Positions 49,601 to 63,677 of a DNA stretch of 64,000 nt are shown here, piece by piece. Origin of the DNA: Bilabrum cf. latius (lineage: Eukaryota); the NCBI GenBank assembly GCA_965178125.1, contig OZ237747.1, positions 496,001-560,000 of the forward strand, given 5' to 3'. The translations under genes and the position numbers were made by a program. The first letter of the stretch is position 1. Each line of letters opens with the position of its first letter. The notes under the pieces were generated by a model. That model made no database searches. It worked only from the letters and a program-made list of their open reading frames with translations, and was not told the origin of the DNA.

Positions 49601-52600
49601 TCAACTCATTGCGGGCCGGTACCCATGGCTGGCTGCGCACTCCTGCGCGCACAGCAGAGAAGCGACCGAGACAGATCCGGCTCGCATAGCCGCCGCATAG
49701 CTCCACTTGCCCAGGTCCATCCGGATGAGCCTCTCCACCCGGACGCTCACGCTGTTCCTGTCTTCCAGCCCCTCACTCAACCTTGGACACCTCGTCAAGC
49801 AGGCGCCAAGGCGAGCGAACCTCTCCCCCACGGCCTGGCTCGAGTGCCCGTGCCTCCTCACCATGGCTCGGAGATCCTCCCGGCTGCCCGCGCGCCCCTT
49901 CATGAAGGCCATCATCTGCAGGGCCATCGGCAGCGCATCCCCCTGGGGCACAATCAGCGAGTTAAACCCGTGCATCGTGTAGTCCACAGACCCACCGAGC
50001 CCCATGGATATGAATGGCACGCCGGTCAGCAGCGACTCAAGGTTGCTCACCCCAAACGTCTCGGACTCCTCCCGCAGGGACGGAAATATCATCGCGCTCA
50101 TCTCGGAGAGCTCAGAGGCTAGCTTGTCACCAAACACGGAGCCTAGCATCTGCACGGTGTCGGAGCAGTTCAGGCTCCTGGCGAGCTGCTGCAGGTCTTC
50201 GAATATGAGCCCGCTTCCAATAATCTTGAACCTGCCGTGCGGGACCGTGGCTGGCAGCTCCACCACCAGGCCGCACTAGTCCGAAGAATCTGCCCGAGCG
50301 TCTAGAGCAGGGAAGGCCCACTGCAGGGCGCGGGCGACGTGAGCTGAGCGCCGACACCGAGCATCACTCGGATGACGAGTATCGATGGCGCCCATGCCGC
50401 TCACTTCTGCCTAGGCATCGGTGGTGTCGCTATCTGGTGCTGTGGTGCTGTCTAGGTACAGCCGAAGGGTCGATGCAACTGCGATGGCCCTGCTCTCATG
50501 CCACTTCTGCTGGCGCATCCGGTCGTGCATGTTTGCGCAGGACACCACCCCGCGCGCAACGGGGCTGCCAGAGGAGGTTTGAATCCGGACAGGGACGCCG
50601 TGCTGCGAGGCCGCACCGGAGCGGGACCTCCTTGCTGGTTTTCCGCACCAGGCAGCCGCGATGGCGTCGGCAAAGGACCGCATGTCCTTGCCGTCGAATG
50701 GCCGAGCCCCGCTGGCAATGGCCCACGCTCGCATTGCCAGCACCAGGCCCTTCTCGGGACCGAGCCTTCCAAGGTAGCCTATCGTGGGCGGAGCTGTGCC
50801 CTTGGTCCGAGCAGCAGGTGCAGTGTGGCGCTAGAACCGATCCGGGTCAGCTCCCAGGTGCATCGTGACTGTGGGCATGGGCAGGCTCCTGCATCGCTCC
50901 TCGGAGCACGCGGGCGAGCTGGCAGGGCTGGAGCAGGGGGGCGCCTCGGCCTTCACCACGAGTGTCCGCTTGGAGTGGCCGACATTGGTGGAATCGAACA
51001 GGTCGTGGATGACACCGCTGAGTTTCGCGTCTAGCGGCGGCTGCTTTTGGCCATGAGGGGGCACCGCAGCACCACCGCCCCTCACCTGGGCAGAGGTCCA
51101 GTCCATGGCGTCCATCGAGTCCAGGTTGAAGTTCTCCCTGCAGGCGGCCCAGCCGTGCCCCATGAAATCCACGGCCATGACGTCCCTTGCGTGGCTAGAG
51201 TGACCCGTGACCACGCTGTATCCGGCAGTCCGTCGAGCGTCGTGCTTGCGGTTCACCCCACAGTTCTCCAGCACGGTCGCCCGTGCCCCTGCCACGCGTG
51301 CAGTCTCGTGTAACAGCGCGTCTGCGATGTCGTTCTCGAGAGCAATCGTCATCATGTCGCACCCCATGATCCCGCCCACCTCTAGCTCGCTGAAGCGGGC
51401 CAGCCAGCGCACGACCTCAGCGCCGTCTGGGATCCCAAAGACAACAAAGGACTCTGCTATGGACTCAAGCACCCGTTTTGCATCCTTCAGAGGCTGTTCG
51501 CTGCGCTGCAATTCGCTCACCGACATGCCTCGCACAGACTCGCTCGCCCCGCACGCCAGCCCAAGCTTCGTTGTCTCTTCCTTCGTCAAGTTCAGGTCGG
51601 CCAGCTGCATCCAGGCGGTGGGGTTGGAGTACCCATCATATACCTTCAGGTACCCAGGGAGCTTCTTCAACCACAAGCCATGTGCTCGTTGGGACCACTG
51701 CTTGCTGACAAAGGACTTGCACAGCGTGTCTCTTGCTGCCAGCGCGGCATCCATCGCCACCCAGGCGCGCGCCAGAGGAGTATGGCTCGACCGGTACTTC
51801 GGAGCCTCACGAGGAATCTCCCAATTGATGCCCCCATGGTCACCCAAGACAGCATCAGGCACGCCCCGCATGCGCATGATGACCTGCAAGGCAAGCAGCT
51901 TGGCCTGCGACAGCCGGATGCCTCCCAGGCCCGACTCCATCGAGCCAGAGGACAGCGAGGCCGGCAACCACCGCTCGGGCTGGCCAGCACCCACAGCATT
52001 GAGCTCCGCAAGAAACTGCTCATGCACGTCCCCCAAGGAATAGCTGACGTACCTGAGCCTGCCCCCAGTGGCCCGAATCCTCGACATCTCCTGAATCCAG
52101 CCGCTCTTGATGCCATCGTACGTCCCGAGGGAGCCCACGAAGCATACCGTCCTGCCGGGAGCGAAGTAAGGCACAGTACGCGACGCGGGAATGGCTAATT
52201 GCCTGGCCCGTACGGCAGATAGCGGTTGCATCGCCACTGGTGCAGCAAGCTGGGTGCCGGCGATGCTTCTTGCCCGTGCTACAGGTTCCGCTGATGAGGG
52301 CAATCTCGCGTACCACAGCGAGGGCTGCGGGCTGGCGGTGTCAGAAACACTGCCGCTTGAGGCTGCAGCCAATGCACGGATGGATCTTCGCATAGCCCTG
52401 CGGATCGACCTCCCCCGCAGGCTTGAGAGGTGCAGGGAATCCGTGGGTGCGAGAGCAACGCCCAGGCTGTGCTCGCAGCACTGCACCCCGCCGCAGGTGT
52501 GCCGAGTCGTGACGAAGCCCCCGCCGGCTTGCATGCCCTGAATGTGGTAGGAGCCAGTAGTTGGGTCCACCACGAACTCTTCGACGCTGTCTCCCAGCAG

Positions 52601-53254
52601 GATCCGGAACTTGCTGAGCACCTCTTTGGGTTGCTTGTTCCAGGCCTCCAGCGCGACTCCAGGGTCGGCGAGGAACGGATCCAAGAGACTTTGCAGAGTC
52701 GTATTATCGGCTGAACTGGCGAGGAGCAACTTGGCTTCTATTTCAGACGTCATCAGCCCAGCCGTGCGCAAGAAATTCTCCGCGTCTTGCAAGGCTGTCC
52801 TCGCACCAGAGAGCGAGGCAAGTCCTCGACGCCCGGCGAGTTCGCAACAGTGTTGCAGTAGAGCATTCTTCTCAATGAAAGTGCGGCCACTTTTCAAGTC
52901 AAAGTGGCCCAAGTACAAGTTTAGCACTGCATCGAATCCAACTTGCTTTGCGGGGCTCTGAAACGTGTATCTGTCATCAGGATGCGCGATCCGAAGCGCA
53001 TCGCACACCTTATTATTATCTGGTACAATTACAGCTCTATTTGCTGCACGACTCCTTTGGTTCTGCATACCCTGTGTCATGCGAGAATCAATAGCATCAA
53101 CGCTTGCGGCTGACCTCTCTTCTCGGTGAACTGCACCTCGAGAGCCGCAAATACTAAGTACTGCAATTATGAATACTACACATTTCCACTGGCAAATGTG
53201 CTGTGCAGGGCTAGCCATTGCTGTGGGTGCAGCAAATAACGAAGTGGCAGCCAT
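49601..53254 (-). CDS. GT-B fold glycosyltransferase family 4 with an N-terminal signal/anchor, ~1,217 aa
   Basis: Motifs TIGYLGRLGPEKG, FKIIGSG and FPSLREESETFGVSNLESLLTGVP (E-x7-E). Three track ORFs are in frame across TAGs (50831, 50411, 50276); ends TGA. Confidence 0.85.
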
Positions 53255-54055
53255 TGTGATGATGGTTTGAGCCAAAATTACCGATGCCGAAACTAACTAA
53301 CCTTGGCCGTATCTTGTTAAACTGCGGAACAAGAGTGACAGATAGCAGCTCTTCGCGCTCTGAATAAATCGTGGGTTTTCAATCCTCCTCGCATGATCCG
53401 GCGGTGCAGAGCAGTGCAGTGCAAATCTATGCTTGGAACAATCCAATATATAAATGATTTGATTCAATTCATTTTGCACATGAGATCACCCTCAGCGCGT
53501 GCGGTTCTCAGAATCCGTGCTGGTGGTCGCTGTCACCTAAGGGCCGGGTTACGTGGCTACCTTCGGACCCACCACTGGCATGGGCCCAGTAGGGACAACT
53601 TCACTGAGAGTTGCTTCTGCGGCTGACTCAGACTGTGAGCGGTTCGAGCTGTGCATCTTAGATGGGACTTGACCATCATTGCTGGGCGTCCACCGTCCTC
53701 CCTGCACCGGGCACCAACGACTATTGACCCAGTGTGGAGTGGGTGGAAAGACTCTCCGTCCGAGTCGGAGTCTCCGAGTCCGAGACTTCGATAGTAGTGC
53801 TAGTAAACTACCTTACGATTGCATGCATTTCTGCAGCGGCCCAGACTTTGATTGTCTAGCCCAATCGCACCCAAATCCGGCCCAAACTGGTTACCATCCT
53901 TAAGTTGCGAGCAGTTACAGTATTACCTGAGGAATACGGAAGCGTCGGCACGCTCACTTCCTCACAGAGTTTGCTCGGGAATAGCCAGGACTCACCTGGT
54001 TCAGTCTCACTGATACTTCTTGTTCTATCTGTGTCTAACATCCAAGCCCTCCAGC

Positions 54056-57000
54056 ATGAGCTCGCATGGGCAGCACTAGTCCTGGCCGGAGAGGATGTAC
54101 TCGAACGGATTGTAGGCTCTCTTTGGTCTCGGTTTCACCTTCTCCAAAGACACGCAAGACGACACCAAGTGGCTTTTTTTGTTCAGTGCATTCGTTTCCG
54201 AGGTTCAGACCCTGAGCTTTGCGCTGAATGACTCGGACATGCTCCCGTGGTAGAACTCGCAGCTGCTAGCACCCATTGTTGGAGCATTTAGCTTTCTGAG
54301 CGAGCCATTTGACCCCAACAATAATCCCACGGGATATTTGGTTCTTTTAGCCGTGGCGGCGTCTTTTGTAGCAACGTTCTTGGTACTTGCTGCTTAGGCT
54401 GGTGAGTCGAGCGCCTACATCAGCTGCATTTCGCGCCAAGGCGCTTCTGGCCCCAGCACCACAAGTGGTTGACCCTTTTCCCCTTTCATCACAGGCAGAA
54501 ATTTTGTGCTGGAGTAGCCTCAAGCACCATACTTGATTCGAGGCCTTCGTTTCATTGCTTCGGCCAGTACCGGTGTCCTGTTCTTGCCTGTTGCGGGTTT
54601 CTTGCTGCGTGGCGCGTCCTGCCCGGCGGATGGCTCGAGTCAGTGGCTGAAGACATCTATCGAGTGCGGTTCGCCAACGCATCTCGTCCTCTCAATTGTC
54701 TTCTCCATACTTACGCTGGGCTTCAGTGCGCTCTCGCTGTTCGTGGCGGCTGTGTTTGTAGACAGAAGGCCAACCTCTCAGTCGTGGTCTGCAGTAGCTA
54801 CAGGACGGAGCGCTGTCATCAGTCTATCGATCCGACTGCTGCTGTCTTTCTGCTACAGCGTGTTGCGCAATACGCTAGTCGGCACACCTGGGTTCAGCGC
54901 GGTGCTCATCCTGATTGGAGTAGGAAAGGTATACCAATACGGGGTATGGGCACCGTATACCCACAGGGACATCAACGCATTTTTCGCAGCTAGCGGGGGG
55001 GCCTTCGCCGTTGCGTCGGGTAGCCTGTTGGTTGCCTAGTACTTGGGAAGCGGTGCTGCATCCCTCGGAATCCTTTTTGGTGTGCCCATGGCTGCGGTCA
55101 TGACGTACGCGGTAATCAGCCGAAGGCTCGATCGGCTGGCTCGCTAGCCTCTTCAAAAATGCGTTACGGTGCACGACATGCACCTCTGGGGCCGGCGGCG
55201 GCTGCAGCGGCACGTCATCGTGAAGCAGATCCTCGAGCGAGTGGACACAGAGGCGGACGCTGCGAGCGTGTACCAGACCATGAACGCGAACAAGCGGGGA
55301 AGCCTCTACGACCAGAATGCCGCGTAGAAACCAGCCGAGGGAGAGCAGTCAGGATCCAAGGGCGCCGAGGGCTCCGATACGGACGCTAGCAGCGTCGTTA
55401 GCATGGGCGCCGAGACGGAGTCCATGTCGTCGAGGAGGAGAGCCAAGGAAACATCCGTGTATCGGGCCGGCCCGGCAGATTACCGGGGCGTCCATCTGCA
55501 ATCTGTGGAGAACCTGCCTCCCCACCAGCTTAAAGCAGAGCTCTTGTTCCTGTAGGGAGAGGCGAGAAGGGCCTACGAGGGAGCTGCAGAGGCCTTTCCA
55601 ACGGATGAGCTGGCCTACATCGGGCTGTCCATCTTTGAGAGAACAACAAGCAGGTACCGCTACAGGGAGTGTGTGGCTCTCTCGTAGGCCCTGCGCTGCT
55701 CACCGCCACTGGACTCAAGGTACTACATCGCCCAGCGAGTTCGAGACATGAGGGAATCGGATGGATTCGGGCTCAGCTCCGTCGATCGCGTCCTGTTCGA
55801 CTCGGCGCTCCGAGAAACTTCTCAGCTGAGAGTGCTTGCCTACTAGCTGCTGGTCCGCATGTTTGGGCACCTCACTGCTCAAACGCCCGACCTGGCCGAC
55901 CTGCTGGACATCGGTGTCGCGCTGCACAACACGGTGGAGCGAGCTGACGAGGCCTATCGCAGGCTCTTCAGCTTCAACAGCGACAACGCGACTCTGCTAC
56001 GACAATTTGCGGGGTATCTGACCGATTTCCGAGCGGATCCTAGCCGTGTGCAGGAGCTGTTGCAGAAGGCGCAGCGGGTGGAGGAGCAGACCCGCAAGCA
56101 GAAGCAGAAGGTCCTGCGCACCGTCAAGTTTGGGGCAGTGCAGCCCGGCCAGTCGCGATTCGACGAGTCTGCGGCTATCATCACAATTTCGGCTGCGCCA
56201 TTTCGCCTTGGTGAGATCCTGCATGCCTCGCAGTCTGCTTGCAGGCTCTTCAATTACGCCCCGCACCAGATGATCGGCCAGAACGTCAGCATCGTTGTGC
56301 CTCATCCGCTGGATTCTATCCACAATCAGCTTCTTTAGGCGTTCTCCAAGCGTAACCGACGGAGCAGGATTGTGGGCCGGACGCGACTGCTCTTCGGGAG
56401 GCGGAAGGGGGGCACGATCATTCCGATCTGGCTTGCGGTGAACGAGGCGCCGCCGGATCAGGACACTGCTGAGCCTCGATTCACAGCGGAGATCCAAGCT
56501 GTGACTACAGACCAGAACTTTATTCTGTTCGGAGGATCCCAGCAGAACTTCAAAATCTACTCGGCTTCGACTGGCAGCCTCCGCTTGCTTGGCATCGAGA
56601 TGGAGGACGTGGACAGCGACGTGGTTAGCATGTCTCAGTACTTCCAGTCTGTGGAATCGACGTACCAGGAGCGTGCGGAGCTCTCCAAGGACCACATCAA
56701 GGCGATCGCATCCACACCCGGGGTGATGGATCTGTACCAGTGCCTGGGTAGGGCAGAGGTTCTGAGAAGGCACCAGAGCCGACAGGTGCGTGTCAGAGTG
56801 CAGACTGCTGCGGCTGGCGGCAGCGAAAATGCGGTTGTTCCTGGGGATGCTACCGACGCTGCCAACGCGTCTGCTCATTTCGTGCAAGGCAGCGGCAAGG
56901 CAGCACAAATTCGCGAGGCAACGTCAGGACCTTGTGCAAACCAAGTGCTGATCCGATCCATGCAGCATCTGCAGAAGCCTGGCTTGATCCCTGTGCGCAC

Positions 57001-60000
57001 CCGCAGCGGCGAAGCTCTCATTGTGGGCCAGGTTCAGGTTGCACACCTGCCTGTGTTTGGATCGTTGAGCATCTTGGGCTGGCATTCAATTCCCAAGCAA
57101 GCCACGGATAGCCGACCCAAGCTCCTGCGAGTCATGTCGAACCTTCAGAAGTCCAGAGGCGCACCCGAGGACAATCCGAATGGCACCGCACATCAGCTGG
57201 AGCGAATAGGAGGGGCGGCTAGTGCATCGCTGGCACCACAGCGTAAGAGCGACTCACCTATTGCACAGGCTGCTGCAGCAAACCGTATTTCTGGCGGAGA
57301 AGCTTTGCTAGGAAACGAGACTCTCGATCCCTCTGAAACGCTACCTGCAAGTACCCAGCAAGCAGCCTAGTCTTCGGCTCCTCTACCAGGCCAAGTACAA
57401 CTTCGAAGCCCAGTGCAAGGAACTCCCAGGGAAGAGACTACGCCTCGGATCGTGCAGGACGATAGTGATGAGAGCGCGGATGGTGTGCACCAGGACGACG
57501 AAGCTGCCGGCTCGTCGGGCGATGACACTGCAGATGGTACAAGCCGGTCGTCCACTGAAGGCAGCACTGACGGGACAGGCAGCGAAAACGAGCCCGAAGG
57601 TCCTAGCAGCGCCACAGTTGTACCCCCTGTGGCTGGTTAGGCATCAATTGGCCGCGCAATGCTAAAATCTGCAATGCGCCAGGGCTCTCGAGCGATGGGA
57701 GCACCCAGCGAAGACAACCGCAATGCCCAGCGGTGGTCAGCGCCCCCTGCAAGCACCGGTCAGCAGTCTATGGATTCAGCGCGGTACAATCAAAATCGTC
57801 CATCTAAATCAGTAGTACAGGTAGCAAGACTGGCAGCTGATCGACCCCCCCTAAGCTTCGCGGCAGGATCAGAGCGCAGCAGTCACTCAGGCACTGGACG
57901 AGACGCACTCAGCAATGCTATGCAGATGTCTCAGACTACCACTGAGTCTCAGATCGTGAATTCATCCAGGTTCTTGCTCGCATAGGCCGCGTTCGTGATG
58001 GTAATTGGAATCGTAGTTACGATTTTTACGAGGAACTACGTCGCGGTGCTAGATGACATCTCGTCGACGCTATGGCTATCTGGTCGCAGGCAGCTTGCTT
58101 TCCTGAGCGCAGAGAGTAAGCTTGTTTGGCAGGCTTCGAAAAACGACCTGGGCTTTGAAAGCCTGTACCAGCCCACGATGACCGGGTTGCAATCAGACAG
58201 GACCGACTCAGGCACCGCAGCTCGAAGGATGACGGAGTACAATTTGTCGCTACTGTCGCGAGCTGCCCTGCACAATCCAGGACCACTGCAAGATCTGTTG
58301 CTGCTGGACGCGGACGAGATACAAGATGCCCATGGCAGGCTGTACGTTGCTTTGGAGCGCGCGTCAGTGCCAGACTCTTTCGAAATCACTGCAGAGTTAC
58401 CTATTGTGCTGCCCGAGCAGTCTGGGGGTGGAACCCAGCTCAAGACCACCGCGGAACAGTTGCAAGAACTGGTAGCTGCCTTGCGCCGGGTAGCCAAAGG
58501 AGCAGCATCATCGGTGTCGCAAAGCATGAGGGATGTTGAGTACGTGCTGTCGAATGCAAACTCGTTCGATCTTAGCATGGCGTACGCAAGCAAGAGGCTC
58601 TACGGAATCCTTGCATCAGACATTGCGCAGTTCACGACGCAAGTCTGGATGTTTGGAGCCATTACCACTGGGATACTTCTGGTGTTCGGTGCATCCTCCT
58701 TCGTGTTACTGTTGCGACAGCTAGGACACAAAACCGACCAGGTGCTGCGCGTGTTCATGCTCGTATCAGCAGGTCAAGCCAAGCGGCTTGTGCGATACTC
58801 GCAGAAGAGCCTTGAGAGGGTACTGGCCGAGACCCAGTCGATCCTAGAAGAGGCGTCTACGGATGATGAAGATGACTTCGACAACATGGAGGACGATTTT
58901 ATGGGTGAATCGGACTCTGACGTGGCATCTGCGGTCGGCATGCAGGATGGTGGACAAGTTCAGTTTGCGCAGGGGCTGCAGAACGACGACCTGAGAGAGC
59001 TTCAATCGGGCCTGCAACACGGATCATCCCCAGCTACCCAATCTAGGAGCAACCCCGGCTCAGTGGCATCGGGTAAGTCCTCCAAGCAGCAGCGGTACGA
59101 GAAGCAGAGCAAGGCGCTTGCCAAGGCCAAAGCCACCATCCGGAAGTACAACAACTCGAGCTCGTTCGTGTGCCGATCTATCCTCTGCCTGCTTTTGCCG
59201 GTCACTACTGTGCTGATGTACGCCGGTGCACTCCTGTTGATCCAAGACAACCTCAGTCGCAGCACGAGCTTATCAGCCAGGCGGATTGTGACAGCGCAGG
59301 CGCTGGAAGCCAAGACGTTCCTGCTATCCACCAGGCTGCAGTCGCTGGCTGGATCCGTGTGGGAGCTGGAGACTACATCAAGTGCCCCTAGGGTAGAATT
59401 TCTACAGGCTCGCATAGCGAATGAGTCCATCGTGATCGCCGAGCACACCCGGGTCATCGAGCAAGTGGCTTCGATGCTGGCGCTCGGTGGGGAGGCAGAC
59501 GAAGATAGGCTCATCTTCTCAGACTTGGCCCTGGCCGATGCCCTCTTTGACGATGCGCACGGACACATCAAGCTGGATCCCATCTCCGAGAGCGGCAGCG
59601 GATAGACGGAATCGGACGTCTACAAGACCCTCAACGTGGATGGCTGCCTGGATACCGTGTACCTCTCTACGAGCATAGAGGACATCATGGAGCAAGCCAA
59701 CACCAACAAAGTTGCGCCGCCCGTCGGTACGGCGGGTACCGGCGTGGGGGCTGCCGCTACGCAGGTGGATGCCGACTGCCGGGCCCTCCTCAACGGAGTG
59801 GTTGCAGAGGGCATCATTTCGTCCTTCGCGTCTCTCACGTTCCAGGCGCGGGACTTGGCCGCCACCGTTTACGCCAATGTGACTGGCAACAGCGTGCAGG
59901 ATGCGATCGGGGACGTCGATCTCGATGCGAGAAGGCGGCTGCAGGTCGAGGGCAGCGGGGGCGTCATGCTGCCCGGCAACGTTACGCTCGACGAGCTGCC

Positions 60001-60385
60001 CTTGAGCCAATACGCCAAGTACCAGGCCGACATGCTTCGTGATCTGCTGGCACCCTACATGCAGCATTCACTGGATGTGATGAGTGCGAAGTTCTACCTG
60101 AGCATTGCCGCTGGACTCTCACGGATCGGCAGGGTGACGGAGATAGCCACGTGGGTGTTCGTCGGATTTTTCTTGGTTACCACGTTCGTGTATATGTCGC
60201 AGATGCAGCTGCTGCAGCTGCCGCTGCAATCAGCCCGGTAGATGCTGATTCTCCTTCCCCAGCCGCTTCTGGCTGGTCACTTGGCCCTGCAAGGAGCCAT
60301 CAAGGAGATCACTAAGGAGATGCAGAGCGGCGCCGGGACTGATGTTAGGCAGGTTGGGGCAGCGGGGACACCAGCCTCCGTCTGA
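54056..60385 (+). CDS. Large multi-pass membrane protein with a PAS domain (tmcB/tmcC-like architecture), ~2,080 aa
   Basis: N-terminal TM cluster, then YRRLFSFNSDNATLLRQFAGYL, then PAS (GEILHASQSACRLFNYAPHQMIGQNVSIVVPHPLDSIH), then a second TM group. Intron 54402-54494; at least 12 in-frame TAGs; ends TGA 60383-60385. Confidence 0.8.
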
Positions 60386-60586
60386 TAGTAGGGCCGATGA
60401 TAACCCTTTGTGCGCAAATTACGATTATACTGTTTGCACGCGTCTGTGACAAGGTAGATGCCGGCCTGACGTCCGGCCAGGTTCCCTACGAATCTCACCG
60501 AACCACAGTGTAATGCGTCGTTTTGGCGATAGATCTTGCTTGATCTAGTTGTGTCCACACTAACGTCGATCTGGTCGGTCTTTTAA

Positions 60587-63541
60587 ATGCAGAGCACTAT
60601 GAACGCTTCCATTATCAAGTGCATGCACGCGTCTGGCGTTAGCATCCGACCGCTTGGACCTGGAAGCTTCGTAGCGATCGTTCGTACGACCAGTAGGAGG
60701 AGAACCCGATCTTGGAGCATTCTAGCCCGCGGATTCAGCAGCTCGTTTTGTGCAAGTAAAACAAAACTTGGCTCCAGCAAATGGCTTGGTCACCGGGAGG
60801 AAAGCGTCGACAGTATTCACGACGTGAATCCAGCACAGAAGCGCACGCACAGAAGGAGGAAGCCTTACCGCGGCAGCAGGCTGAAGGGCAAGGCGCAGCT
60901 ACTCGAAGACACAGGTGAACCCGTAGATGCAATCGATGAGTTGCCAAGAGCAAGTGCTGCGTACTCGGCCGTTCCAACCTACGGAGCAGGCGTCCTGATG
61001 CGACCAGAGATTGCAGAGGCGACTGCAGCAGCACAGCCGAAAGGGCTGTTTGGTCGAATTCGGGCTGCTCTCGGCCTGTCATCCGGTACTCCAACCGTAG
61101 TTGTTCTGCAACAGCCCCGGATGCGCCCAAGGACTGGCCGATCCGAAGCAGCGGTCGCTGCAGTGCCTGGCATGTCGCAGCGAAGCATATCGAGGAAGGG
61201 CCAGCAGGCGCTCTCTCGCTCGCCCATGCCCCAAAACGACGGCCCTCGGCTGCAATTTCTTCGTCGTCTCACAGGCAATCTCGGACCGGTATTCACGCTC
61301 ATTGCCTACGGCTGCTCCGACGTGCTCTACCTCCGGGTGTTCATGTCGGCGGGCACGCTCATGTCGATCATCTTCAACGCAGCGCACAGGCCGCCCATCT
61401 GGATACCCATCTGGTGGAGCATGTTCTTTATCCTTCTGAATGCGGTCATGGTGTACCGATTGCTGCAGGAGCGAGCAGACGTGGAGTTCACCGAGGAGCA
61501 GATGGACTGCTATGAATCGGCCTTCCAGCCGCATGGGTGGACACCAAGGCAGTTCCAGCGGCTTCTGCGGGCTGGAGCTGAGTTCAGAGACGTTGAAGAG
61601 GGAGATGAGCCCGTGATAGAGGGCGAGGTGACCGACGAAGTGGTATTCCTGGTATCTGGCGCGGCGGACATGCAGGTCGCTGGCAAGAAGATCGGTACTC
61701 TCACCCAGGGATCCTTTCTGACGTCACTCGCCTGCCTCCTGCCGAGAGAGGAGGCCGAGGCCGCGGAGCTGGTCGCACAGGCGGTTGCAGCGAGAGAGCG
61801 TCAGCAGGAGCAGCAGAGGGAGGAGGACGAACGCACTCGGAACAGTGAACCGAGCCAGAGCCCCGTGCAGGCCGTGGCCACCGGGGTGGCCTCTGCGGTC
61901 AGGGCACTCAGCCCCGTGGAGCCTCCCTCAGGGGAACGGTCTATTAGACGAACAAGTGAATCGATCGTCAGTGCGTCTGCTGATAGCAGCAGCAGCGACA
62001 GCAGCGGCCGCGCCTCCAGAAGCACCCTCAGTCTTGCGAGGCGAATCCCACTGAACAGTTCGTTGGAACGAGACGGTTTCCAATCGAGCAGCGAGGCGAT
62101 TGCCGGGACCAATCATCTCCTGGACGCGCCGACCACAATGACCACCCTTTCATCCGCGCGAAAACCCGCCGGTTAGCCAACCAGTTATGTTTTGGATGAA
62201 GGCAGGGACGACCCGCCAGCCGCCGGATCGATCCCCTCGACCATCGCCTCTCTCAGCCGAAGCGTGCCTGACCTGGGTCGGGTCGCTGCTGCCCTGAGAC
62301 TGGCCCACGACTCGCCCGCTGTGAGCAGAGACAACCGGCGGGCCGAGCAGGCCGCCGTGGATGCGGCGACGGACGAGGTGCTGAAGGAGGAGCAGCACCG
62401 GAAGAGGCGAAGGGACAGAGACCAGATTGGCTCGCGTGTTGGGGACATGATGCGGAGCGTCTCTTCGTTTGACCAGGACGTGAGGGAGTCCTTGGGGATG
62501 GGTGGTGACGCCAGGCGAGGCGGGGTGTACAGGAGGTCCGAAGTGGACCATGACGACAGAGACAGTCGCGTGGAGTCTGCTGCAGTGTTCATGCGCGCCA
62601 GGGCGAGGCAGGGCGCTGTCGCGAACCAGATCAGGCGTATGCTGGAAGAGGTAGAGGACGAGGACGACAGGGCAGCGGCTGCGGCCCGCGTGTCTGGGCG
62701 CGCCGATGCCCCTGGTCTGGCTGCAGGTGCGCAGTCCTAGGACGGCGAGATGGAAGACGTGGCGAGGAAGATGCCTGGGCGGATGCTGCTGGATGTGCCT
62801 GCCTCGGCCATCGCGGGCTCGAAGCACGCGGCAGGAAGTACCGAGAAGCGGACTGGCGATAGTGCAGGCAAGAGCACCGGCCTATCGGATCGCCAGGCGG
62901 GTACAACTACTTCCGCTGCAACGTCCACCGGCAAGACTGGTGTGTCTGGCACCGCTCCGCCAGAGCAGCTGCCCACCCCGCTGACAGCCGCCGCCTCCGG
63001 CTCGACCGCCTTCAGATCCACGAGCACGATGCGGGTCGCCACACCCGATTCTCGCATCCTCGTGTGGCCGCTCAAAGAGCTCAAGGAGTGCGTGGAGAAC
63101 GACAGGTCGCTGCAGTACCCGCTCATGTCTCTCGCCGCTGCCGAAATGGCGGGTAGGCTGCAGCTGGCCACGCAGCAGATGCAGCGGGTGCACCGGTATC
63201 GCGAGCGGTTGCAACTTATGATTCGGCAGAACGACGGCACGCTTCGAGGGGCAGACAAGCGTGAGCTGGCCGAGCTGAGGGAGTCGCTCGGCGTGGCTGA
63301 TGCCGAGCACTGGGAGGCCCTCCACGCCCTGGGCTGGACCAGGAAGGACTACCAGAACGGGTACTCCAGGACGCAGACGAGGGCGGAACGGGCTCGTGCC
63401 GCGAGGAAAGCCGTCAAGAGCGTTCGCAAGTCGCTGGAGGGAGCGGTCAACAGCCTCGCGGGGCTGTTTGGCGGCGGAGGATCAGGTTCCAAAGACGCGA
63501 CCGAGGCACGCAGAGAGCAAGAATCGCCGGGGCGGCAATGA
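60587..63541 (+). CDS. Popeye-like 3-TM cyclic-nucleotide-binding-domain protein, ~980 aa
   Basis: TM block GNLGPVFTLIAYGCSDVLYLR...WSMFFILLN, ERADVEFTEEQMDCYESAF, cNMP barrel VFLVSGAADMQVAGKKIGTLTQGSFL and later RILVWPLKEL. TAGs at 62174 and 62738; ends TGA. The start could be 60587, 60599 or 60623. Confidence 0.78.
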
Positions 63542-63677
63542 TTCTAACCGACAGTCTAGTCCTGGTGGCATCTATTGCATGTGTATATACGCGGCAGATG
63601 AGCTAAGCAGCGTGTACAATATCAACAATACAGCCATGGCTGCCAATTCCTTAGGAGCCAGCCACCGAATTTTCGTC

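Noticed and set aside
53280-54050. Candidate suppressor tRNA or other RNA gene in the longest intergenic gap
   Set aside because: I could not identify a cloverleaf or A/B-box arrangement by eye. tRNAscan-SE or Infernal would be needed.
60383-60391. TGA TAG TAG as tandem back-up stops implying TAG still terminates
   Set aside because: It is a single instance, and no other gene end shows it.
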